Shown piece after piece: positions 1 through 12,397 of a DNA stretch of 64,000 nt; the first letter of the stretch is position 1, and each line of letters opens with the position of its first letter. Location: positions 434,001-498,000 of the forward strand of contig JAUFOQ010000013.1 of NCBI GenBank assembly GCA_040285855.1. Direction: 5' to 3'. The notes under the pieces were generated by a model that was not told the DNA's origin, searched no databases, and was given only the letters and a program-made list of their open reading frames with translations. This stretch comes from Eukaryota sp. GEM-RC1 (taxonomy: Eukaryota). Position numbers and translations under genes: made by a program.

Positions 1-432
1 ATAACACCTCATCCTCACAATGTTTTAAAAACTGTTGTTGCCAAGAATCTTTGCGGGTTTTTAAAGTTAATTTCAACTGATGCCTTTTGTGTAGCTCACT
101 CTGGTGGTAAATTTCCCAAGTCTAACTCAATCTCTTTAGATGAGTATAAACTAGGAGCTTTATTAGAAGATAGGGAATTAATGTCTGCAGTTTTTCCTAG
201 ATCTCGAGTTCCTGAAACTCATGAACAGTTTAAAAATGAGTTGATGGAAGGTATAGTGTCGGTTTTGAAGTATATTGAGTCTAGAAGATCCCCGCCATTA
301 TTCTTTGGATGTGTACTGTTTAAACAGTTTCATTATCAGTGGAAAGATGAACCCTCTATTGGCTTAAAGCGTGGCTATCTCAAAGCAATTCTTGGATTCT
401 CTAGTAATGCTGCTAGGAGAAATGATGTTTAA
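1..432 (+). CDS. 3' end of a degenerate 3'-5' exonuclease-like family gene (runs off window start)
   Basis: Near-identical to 11966..12397; same C-terminus ...SSNAARRNDV*. Confidence 0.8.
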   Translation: MTPHPHNVLKTVVAKNLCGFLKLISTDAFCVAHSGGKFPKSNSISLDEYKLGALLEDRELMSAVFPRSRVPETHEQFKNELMEGIVSVLKYIESRRSPPLFFGCVLFKQFHYQWKDEPSIGLKRGYLKAILGFSSNAARRNDV

Positions 433-521
433 TTCAATTGGTCATTGATTATTGGCAATGATTGATACGTATCTTACTCGCAGCTTAAAAATTGAATGTC
501 TTACAAACTGTTATGTAGTTC
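1..521 (+). repeat. Segmental duplication, copy of 11966..12486
   Basis: Direct nucleotide match at offset 11965 with a few substitutions; identity ends after TAGTTC. Confidence 0.95.
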
Positions 522-859
522 AGAAAAACAAATATAAGCGCAGTCTATAGATACTACTCAGAAACTTTTGCCTCATGCATTATCAATAAATAGTAATAAG
601 CCACATATCAACCACATATTCTTACTTCTGAATGAAGTTAAATTATATTTCTACCTCTAAAATTTGGAAGAAATGATCTCAAATCAACCAGAAGAACATA
701 TACTGTATGGCAATCACACAATATATATCAAAGAACAAAAAATACGCTCAACGAAATAAGTAGATGCTGAATCTGCTAAATTGAAGAACTACTGAAAATG
801 GAGAAACTTACCACAATGACAATGTTAACAACTTAATTCAACGATTTCAAGTACATGAT

Positions 860-1400
860 CAGTCCAAAATAATGGAGCAAATGGATAACAATTCCACTGC
901 AGAATTTGGGAAGAGTTATAGTAAGAGTAATTGCAGAATTACTCACAGATTTGATTGTTAAAGTGTAATTAATTAGATTTGCATTTATTTCGCGTAATTC
1001 ATCAGGAGATTCCACTTAGCTCTGTTTTCTCAGAGACAACCATAAACTGAACCACTGCCATTGAAGATACCGTGAGCATTGCTACAACAACTTCCATCAA
1101 CATTGAACTTTAACTCGTCAATGACTCCAACAGAAAGATGATTAGTAGTCTCATGGTACCTCAACTTCCGAGTACACTCATTACCTGGAAGAAGTGGATC
1201 TTCTCCCAAGATATTTCTACAACTAAGATTACCACTTCCACAAACAACTCTCTTTCTATACACACTACCTTGTAACTCAGAATGTTTCTTCGTTTGAGGA
1301 ATCTAACCACTCTTGATTGAGAAACTGACTGGTAAACCAGTTGAGTTTCTGTAGCGGCATGTTTTAGTTGTTCAATTTCTCGTTTCAATTGAAAGCTTTC
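860..1400 (-). pseudogene. Decayed coiled-coil + SPRY/B30.2-like gene fragment
   Basis: Three short consecutive ORFs (KREIEQLKH; RNILGEDPLLPG..LSVGVIDE; ELREINANLINYTLTIKSV) read as one beta-rich domain broken by stops and frameshifts; family call tentative. Confidence 0.35.
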
Positions 1401-2355
1401 ATCAAGTGTTTCGACTTTTGTAGGAGATACAAATCTTCAAATTAAATTCTTCAGAATCCCTTAATTCTGATACAAGAAATTTGTTACATATTATCCCAAT
1501 CAGTATTTAGTATGATTGTTAGACAAAATGAAGTCGTAGCGTAGCACAGCCAGCCGTCTTTGGCTTACAACACATTTTAGGCAACTCAAGTCGGCTAAAT
1601 CCGGCTAAGCCTCATAGATATTTGTTTCAAATATTTAGGCTACCTGTGTTTTGTATGTTGTTGAATGATATGTCAATAAAATGATACAGAATTATTGTTA
1701 ATGACAACTGAACCGGGTATCAGAACGAAACAGTACTGACACCAATGATCAGTACAACAAAGTGTTTCACAGATTTTATCAGGGAAAATTACAGAAATTT
1801 GAAATTTGAGAATTGAGAATTGAGAATTGAGCCGTACATTTAATTTTTGTCATTACCGCTTCTCCACTTGACGTAAATTTTTTAGTTATTCCTTGAATCT
1901 GTGAAATAATCGTAAGACCACTATGGAATTGGATGTCTGTTTAATATAAGAAATCAGCAGTACTTTTGAGAAGGTTTTCGAAGAACCTAAAATATTGGAC
2001 CAGAGCCGACTAAAACCATTTTAGCCAGCCGGATTGGGAAGTTGTGGTCAGCAAATGACGTCTCTAAATTTGAATAAGTGTGATAATCACGATATTGATA
2101 TCCTAAGCAGTGTTTAACGGTAGGATTTATGACGATGGTAACTATTAAAATCTCACATTCGATCACCATGTTCAAAATAGTAATAAGTTTTTTTAGTCGG
2201 TCAAAAGAACAGTACCGTTACTTGTACCGTACATACGTACGGTACGGTACGGTACGTCTAAAATCGCCGCGTTACCGAACATTTGCGTTCCATGATCATA
2301 AGCCCCGTTTCTTTACTAATAACACACAATATTTACATCTGATGTTTGGGAATCC

Positions 2356-3297
2356 TTGTTCCCTGCATCTGTGACGGAAACACCTCAACGTACGCTTTTT
2401 TCCCTTCCTCTTGGTGTTAGAAAATTTCAGAAGAAATTTGTATCTTTTCATGAGAGCTTGGACTATACTAACTGCATTAGCTTGGCTAAAGTTAAAAGTC
2501 CCGCTTTCTGTGCATTTTTACAAGACATGAGTAGTGATTCAGCATCTACTTTCATTACTCAATTGCCAGGGAGATTTATTTTTAATCTAAAAGATCATGA
2601 ATGGCTTGTTAACATGAGACTTCGTTTAGGTTTTTGGCCATTTGGTTTGTTACAGAACAGCACGTGTATCTGTAAAAACAAACATAAGGCTAGCTTTCAT
2701 CATTTGGTCAATTGTTCAAAGTTCATATATTGTCGTTCAATTTTGCACAACAGTCTTCGAGATACATGTTTGGAAATATTTAAGGCGAATGGTTTCCATG
2801 GCAAAGTCGAACCATTACTTTCTCATCTTTCAGATCACCCTGATTCTACTCAGAAACGTGGTGATTTTATTGGCCCTTGGTTGTCATGCCAAGAAATTGT
2901 TGTTGATTTTACGACTGTTGGTCCTTGCAAAGCTTCAGCTATTGCCAACATTTTGAATCCCTCAAATGATCCGCTGAAAGATGCTGAGAACGCAAAAGTG
3001 TCTAAGTACGGACATCAAGTTGCTGCACTGAATTCACGAAGACACAATAATATCGTCTTTCAGCCTTTTGCAGTTTCATTGTACGGAAATTTCGGTTCTT
3101 CTACCAAGGAGTTTTTAAGTTTATTTGAAAATTTGTGTTCAGAATTTGGCAAGAAGTTTAACAGATCGTACTGGAAGAGTAAATTTGCTTTTCCGATTTT
3201 TAGGTCTATGAATAGATATGTTGATTCAATTTTGTCCAAGTTGTTTGGAGGCAACTACTTTTCGGAATTAGGTAGTTCGTTTGATAATTTGTTTTAA
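2356..3297 (+). mobile_element. 5'-truncated non-LTR retrotransposon (CRE-like), Zn-knuckle + restriction-like endonuclease C-terminus
   Basis: MRLRLG, CxC...HLVNC..H knuckle, RGD..D..K..KY RLE motifs, FQPFAVSLYG; no RT domain in the fragment. Confidence 0.8.
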
Positions 3298-3429
3298 TAG
3301 TGTTTATTTATTTGTACTTATCTTATTATGTGTTTTTCTCCGCACATAAATCCGTTTTTTTATATTTACAACGATTGACATGAAAATATGACTGTCGATC
3401 ATGATTCCTTCCTAAGTAAATTCGAATAC

Positions 3430-3775
3430 TACATCTGTTTCAAATGTCTTGCTATTCCGATGTCGACGTCCTCTCGGGTTCTGCCACCAGCAACATCGAA
3501 GTCCATCAATTTGTTAAATGAAAGCACTTATCTTATCCAACACTTGCTTGACTCTTCTGTGACTGTTGTTCAATACAGGCATCATTTTTACCATGTGAAA
3601 GACTCTTTTCGCGTGCTGGGTTAGCTGTGACCAGTTCAAAGGACGTCATTTCTTAATGGAGCTAAAACAGCAAGATTAGAGCAAAAACTAAAACAGAATC
3701 AATTAAATGTATTAGATAAAAAAACTCAATCCGATCGGAATTGATTTGAGAGATTAAATCCGATTCCAAGGTCTA
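3430..3775 (+). mobile_element. Possible hAT transposon 3' relic
   Basis: CLAIPMSTSS resembles the hAT dimerisation motif; repeated AATCCGAT ending in ...CCAAGGTCTA; no matching left end found. Confidence 0.3.
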
Positions 3776-4860
3776 GTATGATCAACTGCCAACAATGTAA
3801 GTTCCAGTAATCGCTACAAACAACAGACGATTCTTTGGAGAGGGTATTACATTTTTGTGGGAATAGTTGATATGCCACAATAATTCAGGAAAGTCGCATC
3901 TAAATTTTTTTGGAGCAATGTAAAGTTGTCAAACATCTGGATTTGAATTGACAGACTTTGCACATCAACGATGAGTGTCATACGGGCTTTCAGTCTTAAA
4001 GCTAAAGGGCCTTTTGTTCTAGATGGTCTATGTGTTCTTGTCTGTTCTTATTGAATTGTTAATCGTAACCTTCTCTCCACTTTGTTAGAGGGTGGGTGAA
4101 TGAGTGGAATGTCAATGTATTCTTAATTGCTGGTGCTTGAAGCAATAAGTTGGCAGTTGAAGGCGAATGTAGAAATTACTGCATGGTCTTGTTTAGTTTC
4201 CTTAAGGAAGCACAGTTTATTCTATTACACAGAGTACTTTTCCACAAAGATTTTGTAAACCACTGTTGTATAAATTTTTCTCTATCTATAAATCAGGAAT
4301 ATATTGCAATAAAATGTTATTCTGTGGGTGCCAACAATATCATATTGTTATTATTCTTATGGTAAAATATATTTTCCAACCCCTGGTTTCAATAATTTGA
4401 ACTAAATCAAAAACTGTAACAGTACGTAGTTGACATCCTAGTCTAATTAACCAGGTTACACTGTCGTAGCAGGAAAATGAGTACTAGATTACTGTATGTA
4501 TTTACAATTTTCAATTTTTCTGTTCCAAAATGGGCAAGAAATACTTAAGACAAAGTGAGTAGTATACTTCGTATACCGTGCCACAAATAGCCAGGGCGAG
4601 TCAGAATTCGCCAACATAGGTAAGAACACGTGATCGTCACTTGCAACGATACTAGTAGACTAACTCAAACAAATTCAGAAAATGTAAGAGTTATAATTTT
4701 CCACAGTAACACGAGAATAATCCATATACTACTTAGAATATACAAGAAATCATTGTCTAATAACCTGTATGGGAATTGTGAATGTTTGTCGCTCAACAGA
4801 TCAATAAATGTATCTAATTCTATTGTTTCTGAAGTAAGTTTAGATTACTTACGTTGGTAT

Positions 4861-5195
4861 CAGTGAACGCTAACACGCTCATATAACTGAATCTACCACG
4901 TGTTAACACGTTTTAACACGTGTGTTACGTGTTTGTGCTACAAGATTCTTTCCTGTTACCTGGCGCAACTATAAATAACTCAGTTCTTCTACCGATTCAT
5001 CCCTACAATACTCTACATCCCTGTAGGGGACTTCTAAAACGTTATCTTTCATTCTTTTATCAATACAGGACATTTTCACATCATTCTGACCGAAAATGGC
5101 AACCGATATTGGCGTGTTAGAAATCAGTGAAAATTCCTAACACGTGTTAACAGGCGTGTTTCGTGTCAGGCCATGCTACGTGTTAGCGTTCACTG
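4861..5195. mobile_element. hAT-type MITE
   Basis: Perfect 17-bp TIR CAGTGAACGCTAACACG; 8-bp TSD GTTGGTAT/GTTGGCAT; subterminal TAACACG repeats. Confidence 0.9.
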
Positions 5196-5520
5196 GTTGG
5201 CATAGTTGCTGAAAATAATATATATTGTTTGGTTCAATTTGGTTTGTCCGGGTCAAGGTTTGAAAACATACTTTGTTTTGAACAAAATTGGATAGAACAT
5301 TCTAATGGATCTTCTCCAGCTTCACTGACACACATCTTTAAAATCGTAGAAAGTTTGCCGACATCAGAACTAAGCTCAATCTTCAACATTTATTGTTTCA
5401 CTCAAAAAGACATGTTTTGTTAGAATTTCGCAAAACAATATATCGTTTTACAAAACTAATTAATTTTTGAAACGATTGAATTCATGACGTTAAAAGGCCA
5501 AGCAAAGATTGTATGAAGCC

Positions 5521-6112
5521 TCATAGTCTCTGAATCATCCAACTCGTGAACTCTTGGAGATACGTTCGATCCATTGATGACGACTCAATTATCTCCCAAT
5601 TTCTTTTTTAAATCAGTGATTTCCAAAGCTTCACCCACCTCATTGGATGAGATATAGTCAGGGAGATCCTTCTTGTTGCAAAGAATTACACACGGAACAT
5701 TCTCAGGAATATCAGGTTCCTCATCTAGTCGAAGAAGTTCCTCTCTCGCTTTCTCAAATCTCGCCGGTTCAGATCCATCAATGACAAACACTAGAAAGGA
5801 ACATGAATCCTGGGAGTAGTAGCACCGCCAAACACTTCTAATCTCCTGAACACCTCGAAGATCCCATAAGATAACAGACTTCCTTCTAGAAAGGTCCACT
5901 GTTACAGCATTGAATCCCATTGTAGGAAAAGGGTCACGTTTATTGTCATTTTTCAACGTATTTAGAAGAAGTGTTTTACCAGACCCATCAAGTCCAATCA
6001 CAAGTCCACGTGGAAGCCTTGGAAAGCGATTGAAAAACATACCACGACGAATTACAGCAACTACTAGCAACACTACGAGTACTGTAATCAAGTAGAAGGA
6101 AACTGTGTTCAT
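5521..6112 (-). CDS. Arf-like small GTPase with N-terminal transmembrane segment
   Basis: GLDGSGKT, PTMGFN, WDLRG, NKKD; one indel in the A-run near 5605 restores C-terminus RNWEIIESS..WMIQRL*. Confidence 0.85.
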
Positions 6113-6383
6113 TGAGATAAATGACAATCATTCATCTACCTGTCATCAATCAGAGTGTCCCACATACAAAGAACTTACTGGAGATATTAGTACTGTACTT
6201 ATGTTCTGCTGATAAAGCACATTAGATTATCAGTAAGCTTTTGTACTCTTCAAGAGGAAAGTCTAAATACATTCATTGGGTACGTTATCAGCGCAATCTC
6301 AAATAGTTTTAAGTTGCACTTTCGTTTTTCAAGTGAAAGTTGGTGTATTTCACAACTAAGGAAGAAAAAGTTTATATTTAAAC

Positions 6384-6399
6384 AGTGTTGAAAAACACC
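6384..6399 (-). promoter_or_regulatory. Histone 3' stem-loop (H2A)
   Basis: GGTGTT-TTTC-AACACT, 12 nt after stop. Confidence 0.85.
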
Positions 6400-6411
6400 A
6401 ACGTCAACAAC

Positions 6412-6792
6412 TTAAATCTCTTGAGAACCAGACTCAGCGGTATCGCGAGATCTGGAACCTTTAGGTAACAAATCAGAGTGAATATGAGGCAAAACACCAC
6501 CCGAAGGAATCATAATATGAGACAAGAGCTTGCTGAGTTCTTCATCATTACGGATAGCCAAGAGAATATGACGAGGAACAATACGAGACTTCTTGTTGTC
6601 TCTTGCAGCGTTACCAGACAATTCCAAAACTTCAGCAGTTAGATACTCAAGGACAGCAGCCATGTAAACAGGAGCTCCAGCACCAACACGTTCGGAATAC
6701 TTGCCTTCACGTAGATATCTACGAATACGACCAACGGGGAATTGAAGTCCAGCTTTGTAGGAGAGAGTACGAGCACCAGTTTCTTCAGACAT
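6412..6792 (-). CDS. H2A: Histone H2A, H2A.X-like (C-terminal SQEI)
   Basis: [23 protein letters not shown]; likely start MSEETGAR at 6792. Confidence 0.97.
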   Translation of the reverse strand: MSEETGARTLSYKAGLQFPVGRIRRYLREGKYSERVGAGAPVYMAAVLEYLTAEVLELSGNAARDNKKSRIVPRHILLAIRNDEELSKLLSHIMIPSGGVLPHIHSDLLPKGSRSRDTAESGSQEI

Positions 6793-6938
6793 TGAGAGAG
6801 GATTATGATGAAAATGAATTCTCGTAAGAAAAGAACACGACAATCCAGGTGAGGCAGAGATTCTCGTGGTGTGGCGACCCACTGGAATTCAAACTGTTCT
6901 TCTTCCAAGAATTTCTCAAACTCAATATTCAACTCACA

Positions 6939-7367
6939 ATGCCCGGAAAGAAATCTGTAAAGTCTACCAAATCCACCAAGTCTATCAAAGGTGTACCAGC
7001 CAAAGCTCCTTCAAAGGCTCCTGCTAAAGCCGTTGCCGAAGGTGGTGCCCCCGTTGTAGTTAAGCGTAAGAAGGCCCGTAAGGAGACCTGGGCTACCTAT
7101 ATCTACCGTGTTTTGCGTCAAGTTCATCCCGATACTGGTATTTCAACCAAAGCCATGGGTATCATGAACTCTTTTGTCAATGACATCTTTGAACGTATTG
7201 CTACTGAAGCATCTCGTCTTGCCCGTATTAACAAGAGAAATACTTTGTCCTCTCGCGAGATTCAAACTGCTGTCAGACTTCTTCTACCTGGTGAACTTTC
7301 CAAGCATGCTGTTTCTGAAGGAACCAAGGCTGTTACCAAGTTTAGTTCTTCTGGAGAAGCTGAATAG
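6939..7367 (+). CDS. H2B: Histone H2B
   Basis: [31 protein letters not shown]; start MPGKK. Confidence 0.97.
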   Translation: MPGKKSVKSTKSTKSIKGVPAKAPSKAPAKAVAEGGAPVVVKRKKARKETWATYIYRVLRQVHPDTGISTKAMGIMNSFVNDIFERIATEASRLARINKRNTLSSREIQTAVRLLLPGELSKHAVSEGTKAVTKFSSSGEAE

Positions 7368-7382
7368 GTACTTTCAATTATC

Positions 7383-7398
7383 GGTGTTTCTCAACACT
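7383..7398 (+). promoter_or_regulatory. Histone 3' stem-loop (H2B)
   Basis: GGTGTT-TCTC-AACACT, 15 nt after stop. Confidence 0.85.
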
Positions 7399-7702
7399 TT
7401 TATAAACTAATTTCTTCTAAATCTTTTTTCTCAGGGTTTCTGTTTAACACATCACAACATGTGATTCATTATCATCAAAATAACTCACACAGCGATCGGT
7501 AAAGCTTCTGAGCGTCTTTACTGTTACAGCGTAACTCTGTTGCACAACTACCACTGAAACAACCTAAACCATTGTAAAACACATCACTTCAATGAATGTA
7601 AAACCAACACGACAATAAGCACTACAAAAATTCTATGCACGAGAATTTCAGAATGCCTTGAAATGTTCGAAAACCATACAATTACCATTACTTCATCTTA
7701 TC

Positions 7703-8109
7703 ATGGCTCGAACTAAGCAAACTTCTCGCAAAACCACTTCTGCCAAAACCCCCAGAAAGCATTTGGCTCATAAAGCTGCTCGTAAAGCAGCACCTGCTAC
7801 TGGTGGAATCAAGAAACCCCATCGTTATCGTCCTGGAACCGTTGCTCTTCGTGAAATCAGAAAGTATCAAAAATCTACTGAATTACTGATCCGTAAACTG
7901 CCTTTCCAACGTTTAGTTCGTGAAATCGCTCAAGAATTCAAGGGAGAACTCCGTTTCCAAGCCACTGGTATTTCAGCTCTGCAAGAAGCTGCTGAAGCTT
8001 ATCTCGTTGGTCTTTTGAAGACACTAACTTGTGTGCCATTCATGCTAAAAGAGTTACCATTATGCCCAAAGATATGGCTTTAGCTAAGAGAATTCGTTCG
8101 GATTTCTAA
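7703..8109 (+). CDS. H3: Histone H3 (one T missing near 8015)
   Basis: [15 protein letters not shown]; adding one T restores [27 protein letters not shown]. Confidence 0.95.
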
Positions 8110-8122
8110 GTATTTAATCAAT

Positions 8123-8138
8123 GGTGTTTATCAACACT
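8123..8138 (+). promoter_or_regulatory. Histone 3' stem-loop (H3)
   Basis: GGTGTT-TATC-AACACT, 13 nt after the corrected stop. Confidence 0.85.
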
Positions 8139-8449
8139 GTTTTTATTTTATAAAAAACCTGTTTCTTTCTTTCTGTTTTCTTACGTAAAATCGACTGTAT
8201 TGTCCATTGTGGTAAATACTCAAACTGGTTTATTCCAACACTGTCTCACAAACTCCTAAATGTTCCTCATGCAGTTCGTGTCACATCAGATCACAAAGTG
8301 TTTCATGGTACACAACAATTCGCTTAGTAAACCACAAACGTGTTGAGCAAATAACAAAGACTCCAACACGAGAAATTCTTTCCAGCACAACAATTTGTCA
8401 ATCTGAATTCAACTTCCAAAATGTTGAATATCCTCTATTATCTATTCTA

Positions 8450-8761
8450 ATGGCTGGTCGTGGTAAAGGTGGTAAAGGTCTTGGTAAAGGTGGAGCTAAA
8501 CGTCATCGCAAAGTTCTTCGTGAAAACATTCAGGGTATCACAAAGCCCGCTATCCGTCGTCTCGCTCGTCGTGGTGGTGTTAAGCGTATCTCTGCTCTTA
8601 TCTATGATGAAACTCGTACCGTTCTCCGTACTTTCTTAGAAAACGTCATCCGTGATTCAGTTACTTATTGTGAGCATGCTAGAAGGAAGACTGTCACTGC
8701 TATGGATGTTGTTTATGCTTTGAAACGTCATGGACGTGTTTTGTACGGTTTTGGTGTTTAG
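8450..8761 (+). CDS. H4: Histone H4
   Basis: [19 protein letters not shown], full length 103 aa. Confidence 0.98.
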   Translation: MAGRGKGGKGLGKGGAKRHRKVLRENIQGITKPAIRRLARRGGVKRISALIYDETRTVLRTFLENVIRDSVTYCEHARRKTVTAMDVVYALKRHGRVLYGFGV

Positions 8762-8783
8762 GTAGTTTCTCTTTGTTTAAGAT

Positions 8784-8799
8784 GGTGTTTCTGAACACC
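8784..8799 (+). promoter_or_regulatory. Histone 3' stem-loop (H4)
   Basis: GGTGTT-TCTG-AACACC, 22 nt after stop. Confidence 0.85.
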
Positions 8800-9101
8800 T
8801 CTATTTCAAATACACTCGATGTTGTTACTTATCTTTATGTAGTATAAGGTTTTTAGGGTCTGAGGGACTCACTCAGTTCAGAAAAACAATGGATGAACAA
8901 ACAAAGCGATGTGTGCCACCTTCAAGGTGTTGTGCACTGATAGACAATGGACTCAACTGTGCGAGATCGGGGATAAGTTGCCTATGGGGAGAATTTGGGT
9001 ATTTGAAATGGTTGAGGAATGACACGCAGAATATGAAACGTAATATTTGACTCAATTGTTCAAATAAGCATTGAAATTTAAATATATTTGGGTTCCTACT
9101 T

Positions 9102-9740
9102 ATGTGTTCTAGAATCCAAAGTTTTTCTTGCTTGTTAGATCAAGCCTTCGTTCCGGACGAGACTCCGGGTATGTTTAGAGAGTTAACTCTAGGGCGGTGT
9201 ATTGAGAACGAACTCAAGATCCGCAACGTCGCTGCTTGCTTCGACTTGAGGTGCGCTGTTGATGTCAGCGAGTTGGTCTTTGCTTTGAAAAACGCCACTG
9301 TGAATCCAAGATTCCCCAGTCTTGATGTGAAACTTAGCAGACCAAAAGTCATGGCTAAAATCTCTAAGTCAGGCAAGGTGAATATTGTAGGAGCTCTGAG
9401 CGGAGCTGACTGCATTGCTGCCATGAGACGGGTGGTGAAGTTACTCCGAAGGTTGAAAGTCCCTTGTAGCGCTCAGCCTTCAGGCTTCAGAGTCTACCAG
9501 ACGATGGCCACATCGAATCTGGGTAGAAACATTGATCTTGATCAAATTCTGATGAGCCACTTTTCCTGTAGTGACTACGATGTAGAACACTTCCTAAGGA
9601 TTAGCTTCAAACTTAAAAAACTGCATGTAACAGTGCAGATGTAGCCTGGTCTTTCTTGGACCAAATGCTGATGCCGTTAGACAAGCTGTTGCCCCTATTT
9701 CTCAGGTACTTGAAGGCAATTTGCCTTAAGGAGAAACTTA
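9102..9740 (+). pseudogene. TBP-like (TBP-related factor) paralog, probably disrupted
   Basis: NVAACFDLRCAVD..RPKVMAKISKSGKV..GA TBP-fold repeat; 11-nt deletion at about 9642 relative to the 33 kb paralog creates TAG. Confidence 0.75.
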
Positions 9741-10115
9741 GGAAGGAAGTTCTGCAGAACTTCTTCCAACTCCCAACGCTGATTGGGTTGAGACACGGTG
9801 AGATTTAGAATTCTATTGATTTTACATTGAATTCACATTTTTGCGCTTGTGAAGCTCAGGTAATACTTAAAGGATATGAATAAACCACCGTTAATCGTTG
9901 TATTGATCTGGATTTCTCCAACACAATAGTCTCCATGAATCTACCCACACAGTAATCGAGTTGATGCCCTTGATTCCATTCAACTATTACTACATTGTGT
10001 AGCAGATCAACAAATTGGGACTTCCCAGGCTAATATCTTTGGGATTGTTGTGTAAAACTTTGTACAGAAATTATGCTTGTTTGGAAAATCATTTAAATTT
10101 TCGATTGTAAATGGA

Positions 10116-12397
10116 ATGGACTTCAAACAGACTCATCTCAGACCTCCAATGTGTCCGATTCTGACAGTTATGGCCAAATAGATCTGTATAATTCCTCTAT
10201 TGTGGAAGATGTTTGGCCATCGCATAGGCTGAAATATGTTCGTGAACTTGATCCCCTTCCTGTTTACGTTATTTCATTTCGAGACGCTTCTACTCGCGTT
10301 TCTCAATGTATCACCAGTTTTAAAAACAGTATTTCTCCTGATTATCCCTTCATTTCCCTTGCTGCTCATGGAACTGATGGTATCACAACTCTATTGTTAT
10401 CTACAACTTCTGTGGTACTAGTTATCAATATCTCTGGATGTAAGATCCCTGAATCTCTGCGTTCTATTCTACTACAACCAAACATCATCAAAGTATTCCA
10501 CGGGGAGATCAACCACTTCAAGAAACTGCAACAGCAATTCAGCATCTCTCTCACAGATTCATTCGATATAGCTCCTTACTTTAGATTTACAAGAAAGGTT
10601 CTTTCACGTAAAACATCTATCGGAAACGATTCATTTGATTCTTTGTCTGGGGTCATTCCTGTCTTCAAAGTTCATGGTTTCACTCCAATTAATCCAACTA
10701 ATGATCCTGAAAACCAGTTGTTTGAATCCACAATCTTGGTTTTCTGTATTGCCTTGACTTACTATCTCAAATGTCTGAAGAAGATCACTCAGATCCCACA
10801 ACCTCCACAACTCTCTTGTATCTTTCTCTCTTCTCCAACGACCCTTATCTCCTCATCATCTCGATCATTCCCTTTCCTTGACATCCATATCTTCTCCAGT
10901 AGACCTTCTTCTTGGATTACCAACGTTCATCCTTACTGTTGTGATCTTCATGATACTGATGCCATACTTTCGGCTGAATCTAAAGCACTTACTCCTTCTG
11001 ATCATCTTTCTGAATACCTTCCTCTCTTTGCACGTCTTCTCTTTGTAATTCTATCTGATGCTTCCAATGCAGAAATCTTGTCTGTTATTTCCTCCTCTGC
11101 TCCACAAATCATAGTCACGTTATGTCTATCAAATCTGATTAACGCTGTTCAATCTCTTGGGGAAAGAGCTCAAGTTGACGTGCTTAAGAATATGATTGCT
11201 CTTAAGAATGTGGAAACTTATCCCTTGTATTTCTTTACATTGTCAGCTAATTTATTGTCTGGTTATGTTAATTTTGATTCAGAAAAAGTAGATGCAATCA
11301 AAAAGTTGTCATTTAATAAGTCTTTTATACTCGCCGCCAAAACTGATGATTTTTCAAAAATTAAAGTTTTTAAGAACATGAGTGAGTTTATTAAAAACAA
11401 TTTTCCACAAAAGGGTTAATCAATTCTTTTACGGCTAACCAGCAAGTTACTGAAGATAGTGGATTCAGAACTTCTTTAGTTATTAGGTTGTTAAAGTGGT
11501 TTGTTGTCTTGTTGTGTTGGTGTTCTTGGTCGACAACCAAAAAAGTTTTTAAAATATTCAAATTTATTTTGTTATTGTTGGGAAAGTCTGTGTGGCTGCT
11601 TTTGAAAGGAGTTTTTCGTTTATTTAAATTTTCTGTTATTTGCTTAAGTTGGTGTGGCTGGTGGCTTTTTAAAAGGGGTGGTCAAAATAACAATAATGTC
11701 TTTATACCATTTATTCAAAGTTATTAAAGCTCGCTATACAAAGAAAAACCCAAATTCCGACCTCTCTAATCATAGTCCTCAATCAAAGCTCTCCCGATTC
11801 TTTAGACTAAAAGATCCTGGTAACAACCAATCAAATGCCCAAGGAGAGACTCAACGTCTTGGAGTTGCTGATGTTATTCGTGCTGTCGAAAATAACCCTC
11901 ATCATTGGTCAGACCTTCCTAAAGCTACAAAGACTCAGTGTTGTAACACGTGTGGGTCAGTTAAGATAACACCTCATCCTCACAATGTTTTAAAAACTGT
12001 TGTTGCCAAGAATCTTTGCGGGTTTTTAAAGTTAATTTCAACTGATGCCTTTTGTGTAGCTCACTCTGGTGGTAAATTTCCCAAGTCTGACTCAATATCT
12101 TTAGATGAGTATAAACTAGGAGCTTTATTAGAAGATAGGGAATTAATGTCTGCAGTTTTTCCTAGATCTCGAGTTCCTGAAACTCATGAACAGTTTAAAA
12201 ATGAGTTGATGGAAGGTATAGTGTCTGTTTTGAAGTATATTGAGTCTAGAAAATCCCCGCCATTATTCTTTGGATGTGTACTGTTTAAACAGTTTCATTA
12301 TCAGTGGAAAGATGAACCCTCTATTTGCTTAAAGCGTGGCTATCTCAAAGCAATTCTTGGATTCTCTAGTAATGCTGCTAGGAGAAATGATGTTTAA
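10116..12397 (+). CDS. Degenerate DnaQ/WRN-type 3'-5' exonuclease-like protein with hydrophobic repeats and Cys-rich C-terminal domain (frameshifted)
   Basis: IPESLRSILLQPNIIKV..SFDI resembles the WRN/EXD2 exonuclease core; collinear with intact paralog 18652..21000; ORFs 10151, 11488 and 11654 join via homopolymer indels. Confidence 0.65.

Noticed and set aside
1805..2260. (GAGAATT)n and (GTACG/GTACC)n short repeats as telomeric or functional arrays
   Set aside because: Only 3-4 units; more likely decayed transposon ends; no TIR pair could be fixed
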